This document shows positions 1-11,428 of a stretch of DNA of 64,000 nucleotides, piece after piece. The position numbers and the translations under genes are program-made. Origin of the DNA: Pseudovirgaria hyperparasitica (Eukaryota); the NCBI GenBank assembly GCA_010093815.1, contig ML996565.1; one strand, given 5' to 3'. Numbering within the stretch: position 1 is the first letter of the stretch; each line of letters starts with the position of its first letter. The notes beneath the pieces were generated by a model. That model was given only the letters and a program-made list of their open reading frames with translations. It was not told the origin of the DNA and made no database searches.

Positions 1-958
1 TAGCACTCCTTCTAGCTGTGGTACCTTCGAATGACTTGTGATGTGGACTCGTGCAAGCCCATTCACTGCCTTGATCCGCCCTAGCACATTCTCCAGTTCC
101 TCATCTGTGACTAAATCGCTTTTATTCAAGACGATGACGTCCGCGTGGCTCAACTGTAGATGTGCTGTTGTAAGCTCCGGGCCATTGTGATCGTGGTCCT
201 GAGCATCTGGCCTGGTTTCTGGTGATGGTTCGTCGAGAGACTTGAGTACATTCTTGGCGTCGACAAGTGTGACAATGCCGTCGAGGTAGATGGTGCTGCC
301 TAGACCTTCGTCGACCCAGAATAGGGGTGCGATGTTGCCTGGGTCTGCAAGGCCGGTCGTTTCGAGGAGGATGTAGTCGAAGGCGCCTTGGCGTTCCATG
401 AGTGATTCTATGGCTGCCACACCGGAGTCTCTGGATGGTGTAAGTACTCGAACGAGGAGTATAGAGGATGATATACTTGACAGAGCAGCATATGCAGCCA
501 TTCGCAAGTTCGAGCCATTCCTCGACTTCCTGGCCATCTTTGTTGACAGTAAGGGACTTTTCAATGTCCGTCGCTAAGGTATATCAGTGTGAAGATACTT
601 ATATTAGAGCTAAAGCAGCTCACAATCGCCAAACTCTATGATATATCAGTATACATATGGTTGACAGTGCCGTTGTGTCTACATGCCGTTCAGGATGACG
701 GCTACCCTTTTGCCGTGTTTTTCATTGAGGATATAGTTAAGCAGAGTGGTTTTGCCTGCTCCGAGATATCCTTATGATGTTCAGTGCCGCATCATCGCAG
801 TTTGAGAGGTGTAGCACACCTGTGACGATTGTTATAGGCACTTTCGTAATGCTGCTGACTTCTTCTCGCTCCTGGTCTGGTGCTCCGATTGAAGTGGTCG
901 TCTCGTCGGTAGGTACCAACGATGGGGGTTCGTCATCTAAATCTGCGTCCATGTCCAT
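1..958 (-). CDS. CobW/P47K-family (ZNG1/CBWD-like) zinc-chaperone GTPase, 3' end outside window
   Basis: Exons 958-820, 770-687, 635-624, 573-477, 430-<1 join to give [20 protein letters not shown] (Walker A), [18 protein letters not shown] (CxCC), [11 protein letters not shown] (Walker B), VIVLNKSD (G4). Confidence 0.92.
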
Positions 959-1290
959 TGTATATATTCCAAAAGGCGTTGTCGACGCCCGCTATCTAGT
1001 TGCTGGCTGATGCTAGCATGCAAATGTATTGTGTAAGAGACGCGAAACCCTCTGGGATTTCAAAATAAAGCCTAACGTGTGCGACCAGAGCAATCCAGTT
1101 AATCCTGACACGATGCAGTCTAAATGTGATATTGTGTATATCTTATAAGTGTGCTCAGTGGTTCAAGTGTGTAGGGTCTGATTCTTCTTGTAGCACAACG
1201 ACAACTCGGTGGCCCAAGCGCGCTCGAGCTAGCTACCTACTACCTGCGCGTGCATGTTCGTCCCAGCTCCAAGATACACTCTACATTGAC

Positions 1291-2773
1291 ATGGCTGCAT
1301 CACCCGCCAGCTCGCCACGGCTACCAAGTCCGCCGCCTATCGCAGAGGATCAAATAGGTCCAACATCGCCTGGACCTGCGACGGCTTCGACTGACGACTA
1401 TGGCAAGCTTGCCGTGCCGCAAAGTGTCGACCACAGCGCTGCGAGAAGGATACGGCCTGGAACGAAAGCAAATGACATGGCAAAAGGACCACCATTGGTA
1501 CCGCTGACTGAGGTACATGCCATCTATAGCCACAGCCATCAGACCTAATGTTCTGTAGATTGACTCGCCGTTCCAATTGACCGAGCATCTCAAAGCCCTA
1601 CATTATTCCTATACCCATCCGACCGGAACCCAGAACCCTTCACCTATCGACAAGACCTCGGCGCGGAAGCTCGCTCTGGCGCCTGAAGGCGTGTCGCGAG
1701 AATTGTGGCTGTACGAGCTGTGTCGTTTCCACACGCAGAATCTCAACTCAATTGTCATCACCCTCTTCGCCGCGAAACCTCCGTGTTCATCACAGACATG
1801 TCCCGATATGCGCGCATCTGAATGGCAATATCTCTGCGCCGTACATGACCCACCGAAATCGTGCTGTGCTATAGACTACTGCTGCCACACACTCGACTGC
1901 GCAGGCAACACTCTTACCTCGCCGAAACACTTTCCCAGTAGACTGCATCTGGGTTCAGATATCGGTAACCCGGACCAGCAAATACGACAGCTGACAATCA
2001 TATTCCGTCGCCTCTACCGTATATTCGCGCACGCTTGGTTTCAGCATAGGGAGGTCTTCTGGCACGTAGAGAAACAGTCAGGTCTCTACATATTTTTCAA
2101 GACTGTTATAGACACGTATGAGCTACTCCCGCCAGATGGCTATACCATTCCAGAAGAGGCAGATGGAGCAGAAGATACACCGGTTGAACCAAAAAGTGAT
2201 GGCATGGAAGAAGAAAATAAAAGCTTACCTGACGAATCTGTAGAAGAAGATGCGCAGGACTTTGCACAAGAGCCGAAAACCGCTGTTCTTACACTCCCTG
2301 ACAGCAATGTGGAAACAAAAGTAGAACCAATCCCCGAGATACCCGAAGAAGTTCCGGAGCAACCCAAAGCGGAAGTGCCACCACCAGTAGAAGAGCTGGC
2401 TGAGGAGGCGAGCGAACCAGTGAAGGAGGAGGAGGAGGAGGAGGGGGAAGTAGAGGAGGTAGAAGCAAAGACGGATCCGAAAACAGAAACAGAGACGGAA
2501 ACAAACGCCGAACCAGAAATTAATGCTGAACCAGTACCGGAACCTGAAGCAGAACCAGTAGCAGAGCCAGAACCAGAACCAGAACCAGCATCGGAATCAG
2601 AACCTGCTACAGAGGTCGCAGAACGCGAGTCGAAAGCCGAGGTGGAAACCGTGGAAACAACACAGATTGAAGCAGACGGTACTGACGAGACAGACATAAC
2701 TGCTGCTGAGGATGAGCCAAAGGCAGAGACGGAGGCAGAACCTGAGGCAGAAAGCACTGAAAAGACTACATGA
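1291..2773 (+). CDS. mob3: Mob1/phocein-family protein (STRIPAK subunit Mob3/Mob4), about 478 aa, with acidic Glu/Pro-rich tail
   Basis: Exons 1291-1512 and 1559-2773 (GT..AG). Motifs WLYELCR, CPDMRASEWQYLCAVH, CCAIDYCCHTLD, FRRLYRIFAHAWFQHR. Confidence 0.9.
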
Positions 2774-3885
2774 GCACAAGACGTGAATGCCGCCATTTGC
2801 GTGTATGCGCTCTCGATGTGTAATGCTAATGCTTTGTTACGTACGATGATATGTCTGAAGCGATATTTAAGGCGATGGATTTCTGGGTAAGCGGCGCCGT
2901 ATTCGTTGGCCCTGATATAGTTTTGACATGGCGCGACACGACGGAAGCTTGCTTTTGCAGTCTCAGGTTGCGTGCAAGTGTAGGAGTAGGACGACATGCA
3001 GGCTTGGTGTGGGGAATCTCCACGCTACAGGGAGGCTCTGTGTGCATAGTACAGACGTCTCCCACGATTATCTGGAGGCTCACGGGCCGCAGCCGTGGAT
3101 TATTGCCCCAGTCCCACGCGAATCCGTTGATGGGCTGCTGCACGACACTGCAGTACAACATGTCGAAGTTTTATTTATATATTATTGCGTTTAGCAGTGC
3201 TCCTACCCAATTATACCAATTCGAAGAAATTCTCTCCACAGCGAAGCTTGGTGTATGGCCGTCTCACAGCACAAGCAATGGGTGCCAATTGAATGTGACA
3301 TGCTGCAAGGCCGCGAAACAGGCTAGGACTATGATCAAGGATGGAAAAGATAGACGGAATAAGAGCTTGAAGAGATGCATAACCGGAGCATGTGAGGATG
3401 TGAAAAACAAAGCCGAGAGATTGACGAGTGATGGAAGAGTAGAGCGCACATTACACGGTAGAGGGACGAGATCAGCTCGGCCGAGTGGCTGCTCCATTGA
3501 CCAACGGAGCTGTGGAGCGATTGACGGGAGGCAGCTCGCACCACCATCACCACCACCACCACCAGCAGCTCTCAGTGGATCAGCACCATCAACCTAATTA
3601 ATACTACTCCTACTATTACTACCACCCCCACTGCATTTCTCTGAAGAGTCTGAGCGTCCTGGAGTTGGTGTGGGATAGACTTGCACTCAGTCTCCCACGC
3701 ATTCTTGTCAGTGGCGTTTTTCGCAACATGACAATTGAGGCTCGGTGGTGCCCATGATGGTGATCACTTCCGCTGAGTCGTGATGAACCAGGATGTACAA
3801 GAGCCAGTAACAATGCTTACAAACAAGCCTACCAACCACTATATGTTGCTACAAAGACGAACATACGAGCAGCAGACGAACGGAC

Positions 3886-3888
<3 letters not shown>

Positions 3889-3960
<72 letters not shown>
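3889..3960. repeat. (GT)36 microsatellite
   Basis: Perfect dinucleotide run, counted directly. Confidence 0.98.
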
Positions 3961-3962
<2 letters not shown>

Positions 3963-5458
3963 ATGTATGTATGCAGCAGCGGAGTAAACATGCACGCACT
4001 CCACAGCCCGTTTCCCTCCCTAGCATGCACATAGGAGCAGTAATTAGCAGTACTGTAGTAGTGATGGGACTCGATATGCCGACACACACAGCAATCTATC
4101 AGCAGTAACGGTCGCCGTTGGGCGTGCATCTGCTGACTCTGTCGTCCACATCGATAGGTAATAATATGCAGCTCATAATCCCTGCCTGACTGACATTGAT
4201 ACACCAAAGGCCTCAACCCGTGCTGCTGCCAATCCGTGTCTACCCGTGTGCTGGATGCAGGCAGGCAGGCATGCATACGACAGAGTTTGAATATTCTCGT
4301 ACATCCTCTCTTCAATACACTGCACAAGATGGAAGAGCAAGACAGAGACTGAAGATTAGGATTCCCAGGACTGAGGGAGGGGGCCAGCGATCGTATTGCA
4401 GCTAATTAGTTGGCGCGCTTCCCGCCTGGTTGCCGTGAGCGTCGCCGCCGAGCACTGGGCACTATCGCACTATCGCACTACCGCACTATACCGCACCACC
4501 GACCGCATCACCCTCCACTCCACCTTTTTCCCCCAGTCGTCCTGCATCGTTAAACCCAGCTTTGACCCTCGCTCGCTCTATTATCTGTTACTCTGTTACT
4601 TCTGCCTCCACCAGCTTGGCTTGCCTCCCATCCCGTCCATCCACCCTTACAGCTTTATCCACTCTTCAACCCTACTACATACATTACACACACACTCAAC
4701 ACTCTAATTATACTCTCTATACGCTCTGCACTCTTCACGGAGCGGTGTTCTGGTAGTAGCTGCTTACTGCTTACTGTTCATCTCTGGTCACGCCCTGCAG
4801 TGGGATGCTCGCGCGCGCCCTCAACATCTGTTTCCCCACTCTCTCGACTACTGCTACTGCTGCTGCTATCGCGTCGCCTCCCCCATATTACGCCTCGCCC
4901 TGGCATCGTCTTCGCGGCTTTATCCAGTAGCTGTTTACGTGCCTGTCATTCGGCCCTATCAACGTACACTGAGCTTTGCCAGCCTTCTGTAGCCAGTCTT
5001 TTCGCCTTTTGCGACTTTCCGCTCCACCATCCTCAGAACCTCCGCCGGCTTACTCTCCGCGCAACACACACGGCGCGCTCCAGAGGCCTGATCAGCGTGC
5101 CGTGCTTTGGCCATCCCCGTTTCCACTCAGCAGCAGCATTCACTTCGCCGCGCGAGTGATTCGCGATCGCTGTCTATACCTTATCCTTTCGCCGCCTGTC
5201 TCCAACCGTGCCCCATCATATCCTCACCGCGAGCCAGATCCCCGCCGCACCTCCACGTCAACTACCATACCATGCCTATTGCAGCTCTGTAATCCCCACG
5301 AAAGAAGCTTTCTTCAAGAGCCGTACTTGCTGCAGTAGGGTCCCGGTGCGGACGGCTTGCCCTTGCCCGATACGACCTGTTCCGATTCAGCCCTATCATT
5401 CTTGGGCTGACCTTTCACAATACTGCCAGACACAATTGCTGATTCGTGAAGCTTGGTC

Positions 5459-8400
5459 ATGACGGCTCAGGTCCTCTCTGTACATACTGGTTATACGTCG
5501 GAATTTGGGCAGCATCGCGAATCGAGCATGTCTGCCATATCAGATACCCCAAGGATGGGTCTTCCCACGCCAGCCTCTCCCAACTCAGGAGACGATCCAA
5601 GAGGTCGGCGTCGTACAAGAGAAGATGAAGATCAGACGCACGATGGCGATAATGGTGATGATGCTGATGGAGCAGATCCAGGTGGTTCTTCGAGAAAGAG
5701 AAGACGAAGTCGGAAAGGACTCGATAAGAAGTTTGATTGTCCCCACGAGGGCTGCGGGAAGAGCTACTCAAGAGCGGAGCATTTATACCGCCATCAATTG
5801 AACCGTACGTACAGATCACGCGCGACTCTTTTTATAGCTTTGCCAGCCTGTCTGTCCTCGAATGTGCTGAACAAGCTTATATCTACCAGAGCACCATCTC
5901 CGGTCGTACAATCTGGAGACGTATTAAAAGGAAGCAGGCTAATTACAAGGTGCAGACAACCCCAAGCAAATATATCGTTGCGACTTTCCTGACTGTAATC
6001 GATCTTTTGTTCGCCAGGACCTGTGTGCGAGACACAAAGAACGACATACTGCCCGAGGCTCACAGCTGCTCCGCAAGGATACATTTATGCATAATGCGAA
6101 TCCTATAGTAACTGCTGCCTTGGAGGGCCAGAAATCTCATCCTCAGCAGGGACAGCATTCGCCTACGGTATGCATGGACTACCCCGTTGTCTTGTTCCGC
6201 GATTCTGACTGTGGTACTAGGTCTATATGCGGGATTCACCTGCATCGGCCCACCCAAGCTCTGCGACTGTAGGTTCTGCAGCCGTTGGAGGGTCGTCGAT
6301 ATCCCCTCCATTGAATGCGACCTTGCCCTCACCCGCATCCGAATCTGCTATGCGGTCTACAGCTGGTTATGGGCGTAGGGATGAACGGTACGACATGACT
6401 CCACGGGCATATAACAATCACCAACAAGGGCAACGAACTCCAAGCTTTGGTGCTATAAGCGCGGCGCGACCCAACATGTCACCGCACACAAGTAATGACG
6501 GATTCGCCCGGCCAGGCCTTCCCACCCAGGCATCTGGTGGCCACATGCAAACTTATAATCAAAGCAATAATTCACCTTACAGCGGCCCCACTGGGCAACA
6601 GTACAACTCACAAGCACCACAAGCACCACAAGGACCACAGGACTACAAGCAATACACCCCTTCGTCAGCTAGCTATCAAGCGCAGCAGAGCATTCCTCAA
6701 TTTAATAATCTACCTCCACCCGGTTTTCAGACGATGAACAATGCGACTGATGCCCGCGGTCAACCCCAAGGCCATCATACCCCACAAACATCCCACCTGG
6801 AGAATGGGCAGACTGCAGTCGTCTCGGATACACCGATGCTTGGCACCACTCCCGGTTTTCAGTCGTCGATACCAGTGTTCGGGGGTGAGGGCTACAGTAG
6901 ATCGCCATTTGCCATGGCCGATGATTTTGCTGCTTGGTTGTTTAATGAATCAAACTTGAATACGAATGGCGGGTCGGCTATGAATCTTCAACATGGAAGT
7001 GTCGCACCGGGACTGGGGTCATCGTCCACCATCGGACTACAAGCACCATATTTTAATTACGATCCGGTTGTCAGCGGGTATTATACTCCACAGGCACCCC
7101 AACAACATCCAATGGCTGTCAATAGTATTCTTGATACTAGTCTGCCGGAGTCTGCGCTGTCGGAGGAGAAGCGATCTCAGCTCATCGATCTTATCGAAGA
7201 ACGATTCAACGAGACTGACCATGCACCCGTAAAGAGGCAAAAGGCTGAGCTTTTGGAAGGCAACAGGGATGGCCCCCATCATATCCTCAGCCTACACATG
7301 ATGCAGACTTTCATTGCGTCGTACTGGTCTCATTTCCATCCCCAAATGCCTATCCTGCACCGTCCGACTTTCAATGCGGCATCATGTCCAAACATCCTGC
7401 TACTGGCCGTCATGGCCGTTGGAGCTGCATGCTTGGAAAAGAACCACGGATACGACACAACTCAAACATGTTCTGAACTTGCCAACTTTCTGGCTTGGCA
7501 TCTGCGATGGGAAGTATTCATGGATGCGGACTTTCGTCCCCCTGCTAAGTGAGTCCAAATGAGGTAGATATACTAAGCCACACTGACCTTTTGTTAGGCT
7601 TTGGATTTTCCAGGCATTGATATTACTCGAGATCTTCGAGAAGATGTTTTCAACCAGGCCTCTCCACGAAAGAGCACATATCCACCATGCTACAACCCTC
7701 ACACTGATGCGTAGAGGAAGCTCGCTCATCGGTAGATCTGCGATGGATTCTCCGCCAAGTACGAAGGACCCTAAATCGAATGGTAGTGCATCGACGGCAC
7801 CACAGACACCCGATGAATGGTGGAATCATTGGATATCCAACGAAGCGACACGAAGGGCAGCATTCGCTGCTTTTGTCATGTACGTTGTTGCAGGGCCTTG
7901 ATGAACAATGTTATGGGCAGTGAGCTAATGTCTCTAGGGACTCGATACATGCCACAATGTTTGGCCATTCCGCCGTTATGGTCGCGCACGAGATGCGCCT
8001 GCCTCTCCCGTGCGACGAAACACTGTGGTCAGCCACCAGTGGCGCGGAAGTTGGGCGTATCGAGACCAGCTTACACAACAACGGCGTCAAGCCAACAACC
8101 TTCCTCGAGGGTCTGAAGAAGACTCTCAACGGACAAGCAGTACATACGAACGCCTTTGGTCGCAACATTATCATGGCAGGTCTGCTGAGTGTCACATGGC
8201 ACATGAACCAAAGAGACCTCCAAGTAACATCCTTGGGTGTGTCACAGGCATTAGGCGGTCGTGACAAATGGCGCGGAGCTCTCACTCGTGCCTTTGACTT
8301 TTGGAAAACAGACTTTGATGGTGCTGTAGCAAAAGTAGATCATGCACAGCAGCACCAGACCGGCTCGAGTTCACGCCGCAGTGCGTTGGATGACAATCTT

Positions 8401-9024
8401 ATGTACGAAAGTCGCACCGTTCTGCACCATCTGGCACATATGGCCATGCATGTCGACATAGTGGACTGCCAGATCTACGCCGGTGCGACGCGGCTCTTGG
8501 GTCGCAGTATTACATCTCAGGATGCGAATGGTGCTCAGAAACGTATGAAGGAAGTGTGGGCACCTACAGCAAAGGCCCGAGATGCGACCTTTTACGCCCT
8601 GCGCTTCTTGAGTCAAGTATTGATTCCTGAAGACAGGCCCAACCACTCCAGCCTCATTTCTTCTGTGCCGATGCAATCCAATCCGGACATGACTTACGTT
8701 GCGCGCGAAGACTTTCTCCTCAATCGCCCCTGGGTTCTCTATTTCGCTGTACTCATCGTCTGGTCTTACGGTTACGCACTCGATGGCCCGCTCAGTCCGG
8801 CCTATACACTGAATACACACGACGAATGCGTCCGAGACATGCAGGGCTATCTACGGCGAGTGGGGACTGTACGCGCCCCTGATGATCTTGCGAAGCTCCA
8901 GAACCGCAATGCATGTCTGGGCTTGTTGGTTCTTATGCGAGACATGTTCAAGAAGACCCGCTGGGAACTCCTTCATGAGGCTAGCGTACGCCTCACTAAA
9001 TGCATTGAGCTCCTCGCGCCATGA
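5459..9024 (+). CDS. C2H2 zinc-finger transcription factor with fungal-specific TF (MHR) domain, about 1084 aa (Klf1/Zas1-like architecture)
   Basis: Exons 5459-5804, 5956-6167, 6221-7548, 7598-7879, 7938-9024, all GT..AG and in frame. Fingers CPHEGCGKSYSRAEHLYRHQLNH and CDFPDCNRSFVRQDLCARHKERH; MHR motifs YWSHFHPQMPILHRPTF and LPLPCDETLW. Confidence 0.9.
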
Positions 9025-9914
9025 TTTCATGCCTGAGCAGGAGTCCTTGACATGAGCCACATATCTCACCTACCGTTTGTACAAACCATTTCATTGTCCC
9101 GATAGCATATCCGGCGTTTTGACGGTTATCTGGAGCATGCCCGTTCATGTTCTGCGCCATATATTGTCACGATTACGCACCCATTTGTTTCCTGACAGCT
9201 TTCGACCTATGTTTAAATTAACACTCGTTATCCAGCCTATGCAGAATATCTGCAATATATTGTCGAGGTAGAAGGATATAACGAAAAGATGAGCCGATAC
9301 AGGTTAGAGATGACTATATAGGATGAGATATATGGGACGATGCGGACTGTCATTACCAACAACATGTCGATGCGGCATGGGGATCCTTCTGGGATGGAAT
9401 TTAGCTCTATATACCCTTTGCGCCAAGAAGCTATCTATCTTTATCCATCACTTCGCATCTTTTGCCAGCAGTCGCGGTGAGAAGGTGGTGCTCATTGATC
9501 GTGAGCCTGAAGCTGTGTGTAGTCAGTCCACCATCCACCCCACGCTCTCTCCCCCACGCTTTCTCCCCAACGCGGTTCCATCACCAAGGCAGCCCTGACG
9601 CCCTACCTAAAACACCCGGCCCCGATCATCTCTGGGCAAGGGACCCCAAACGTGCGTAGTGCGTGCCCCCGGACGTTTCTGACGCCATACCCGTCCCCTC
9701 TCCAACACTTTCTTTTATAATCGCACTCTCCACCACTTATACGACATCCACACCAACGAACGCTTTAACCCTTCCACTCGTCGTAGCTCTCTCACAATCC
9801 ACCCTACTACTGTTCAAGCCAGGAAAGGAGCGCATGCCCAGAACACCTCGCGCCAGCACACTCGCCCAAAGGGAAGACTTCCTCAGCCGTGAAGAGCAAC
9901 GCAGATCAGAAAGA

Positions 9915-10505
9915 ATGGCAGCATCAGAAGCCACAGCGGCGCTCAAGACGTTCTTCCAAAGCAGCAGCTTCGCCGTCGCAGGCGCAAGCTCCGACACGAG
10001 CAAATTCGGACACAAGGGTGCGGTTCCAGTCTTTTCGTGGTTTTTTTTTTTTTGACTTGCACAACCATATATGCTTCTACCTCCTCTTACTTGAAAAGAA
10101 AAAAAAAAGCAAAACTCTACTAACATGGCTATCATCCCCACAGTCTTCGCATGGTATCTCGCCCACTCGCTCCCCGTCACGCCGCTCAACCCCTCCACGC
10201 CCAGCATCACTGCTCTGAGCGAAGCGCACCCGACTGTGCCCTCGCCCAGCGCGATTCCAGACCCCACGCATACAAGTCTGAGCATCATTACGCCGCCGAA
10301 GGTTACGAGGAAGGTGCTTGAGGAGGCGGCGAGTGTGGGTGTGCCGGCCGTGTGGCTGCAGCCGGGCAGCTTTGATGAGGAGGGGATGAGGTTTGCGAGG
10401 GAGCGGTTTGGGACGGTGATTGGGGGGCAGGGCGGGCGTGGTGGGGAGGGGTGGTGTGTGCTTGTTGATGGGGAGGGTGGGTTGAGGGGGGCGGGGAAGT
10501 TGTAG
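9915..10505 (+). CDS. CoA-binding-domain (YccU-like Rossmann) protein, about 154 aa
   Basis: Exons 9915-10017 and 10144-10505. FAVAGASSDTSKFGHKVFAWY, VTPLNP, VWLQPGSFD, CVLV; ends GKL. An upstream in-frame ATG exists at 9834. Confidence 0.85.
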
Positions 10506-11428
10506 GGGTGGGGGATTGGGGGATGGGATGGGAATTGGAATGAGGAAGAGATGGTGGGTGTAGATGGAGGTGTGTAGAAAGAGCGTATAGACTCCCCAAC
10601 TTGTTGCGCATGTGTGTCGTGGTATGTGTTACTTGCAACAGTGTATATAGATCAGATCAGATCAAATGAAAGGAAATGTTAAATCGAAGCCTTCTCTAAA
10701 CCTCCTGCTCTGTATCAGGTACAAACCTATCCCAACATCTTACCCATCGGCCCTAATTTCCTTCCCAACTATAAAACCAACACAAGCCAGCCAGCCAAAA
10801 AAACCGCACCCACCTGATACTCTCATAACCAACCTCATCTCGCGCCCCTGAACCAACTGCTTGTTGTGCGTAGCAACTAAACAAGCAACAAACCGACTAA
10901 TAATTACAATCAGATAGCCCACCGCTAACGTTGGGGGCCATGGATACGATACACACGATGACAAGCACAACAAGCACGGGACAATCTCAACCGATAGCGC
11001 GACACCGTCTAGGAGAAGACTATTCAAGGCTTAGCCGAAAAGCTTATCCCATGGATCCATACAAGCACTAAAATACAAGCACGGCCGGAAACGCCACAGG
11101 TGCAGCGAAACATATTTCCGTTTTCGGGTGCGAAAGAAGTCGGACAACCGGGGTTCGTTTGCCGACGCGACGGGGGTTTCCCGTCGTCGGGTCCGAAAGT
11201 GGGTATGTATGGGGTGTTGGGTTTTGTGTTGTACTGCTTAGTGTGGTTCTTGGGAAGGATGGATAAGATGAGGGATGGAGATTGATGTGGATATGGATAT
11301 ATATTTGATGGGATTTCCTGTGTGAGACTGATTTGTCTTGTTCAGAAAGTGTCATATGGTACATATACCTCACTTCGACCCAACATCCATCCATCCCCCC
11401 CTTTCCCCCTCCCATCCAAAACAAAACC

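Noticed and set aside
2140..2997. 285-aa Ser-rich ORF on the - strand
   Set aside because: Antisense shadow of the Glu/Pro-rich Mob3 tail.
2851..3597. 248-aa ORF downstream of mob3
   Set aside because: No recognisable motif or coding-like composition; lies in the 3' UTR/intergenic zone.
3780..4327. Poly-CV and poly-TH ORFs
   Set aside because: Translations of the (GT)36 microsatellite.
11130..11200. Possible hammerhead ribozyme or tRNA (stem followed by GAAA; GGTTCG)
   Set aside because: No CUGANGA core and no paired T-arm or cloverleaf.
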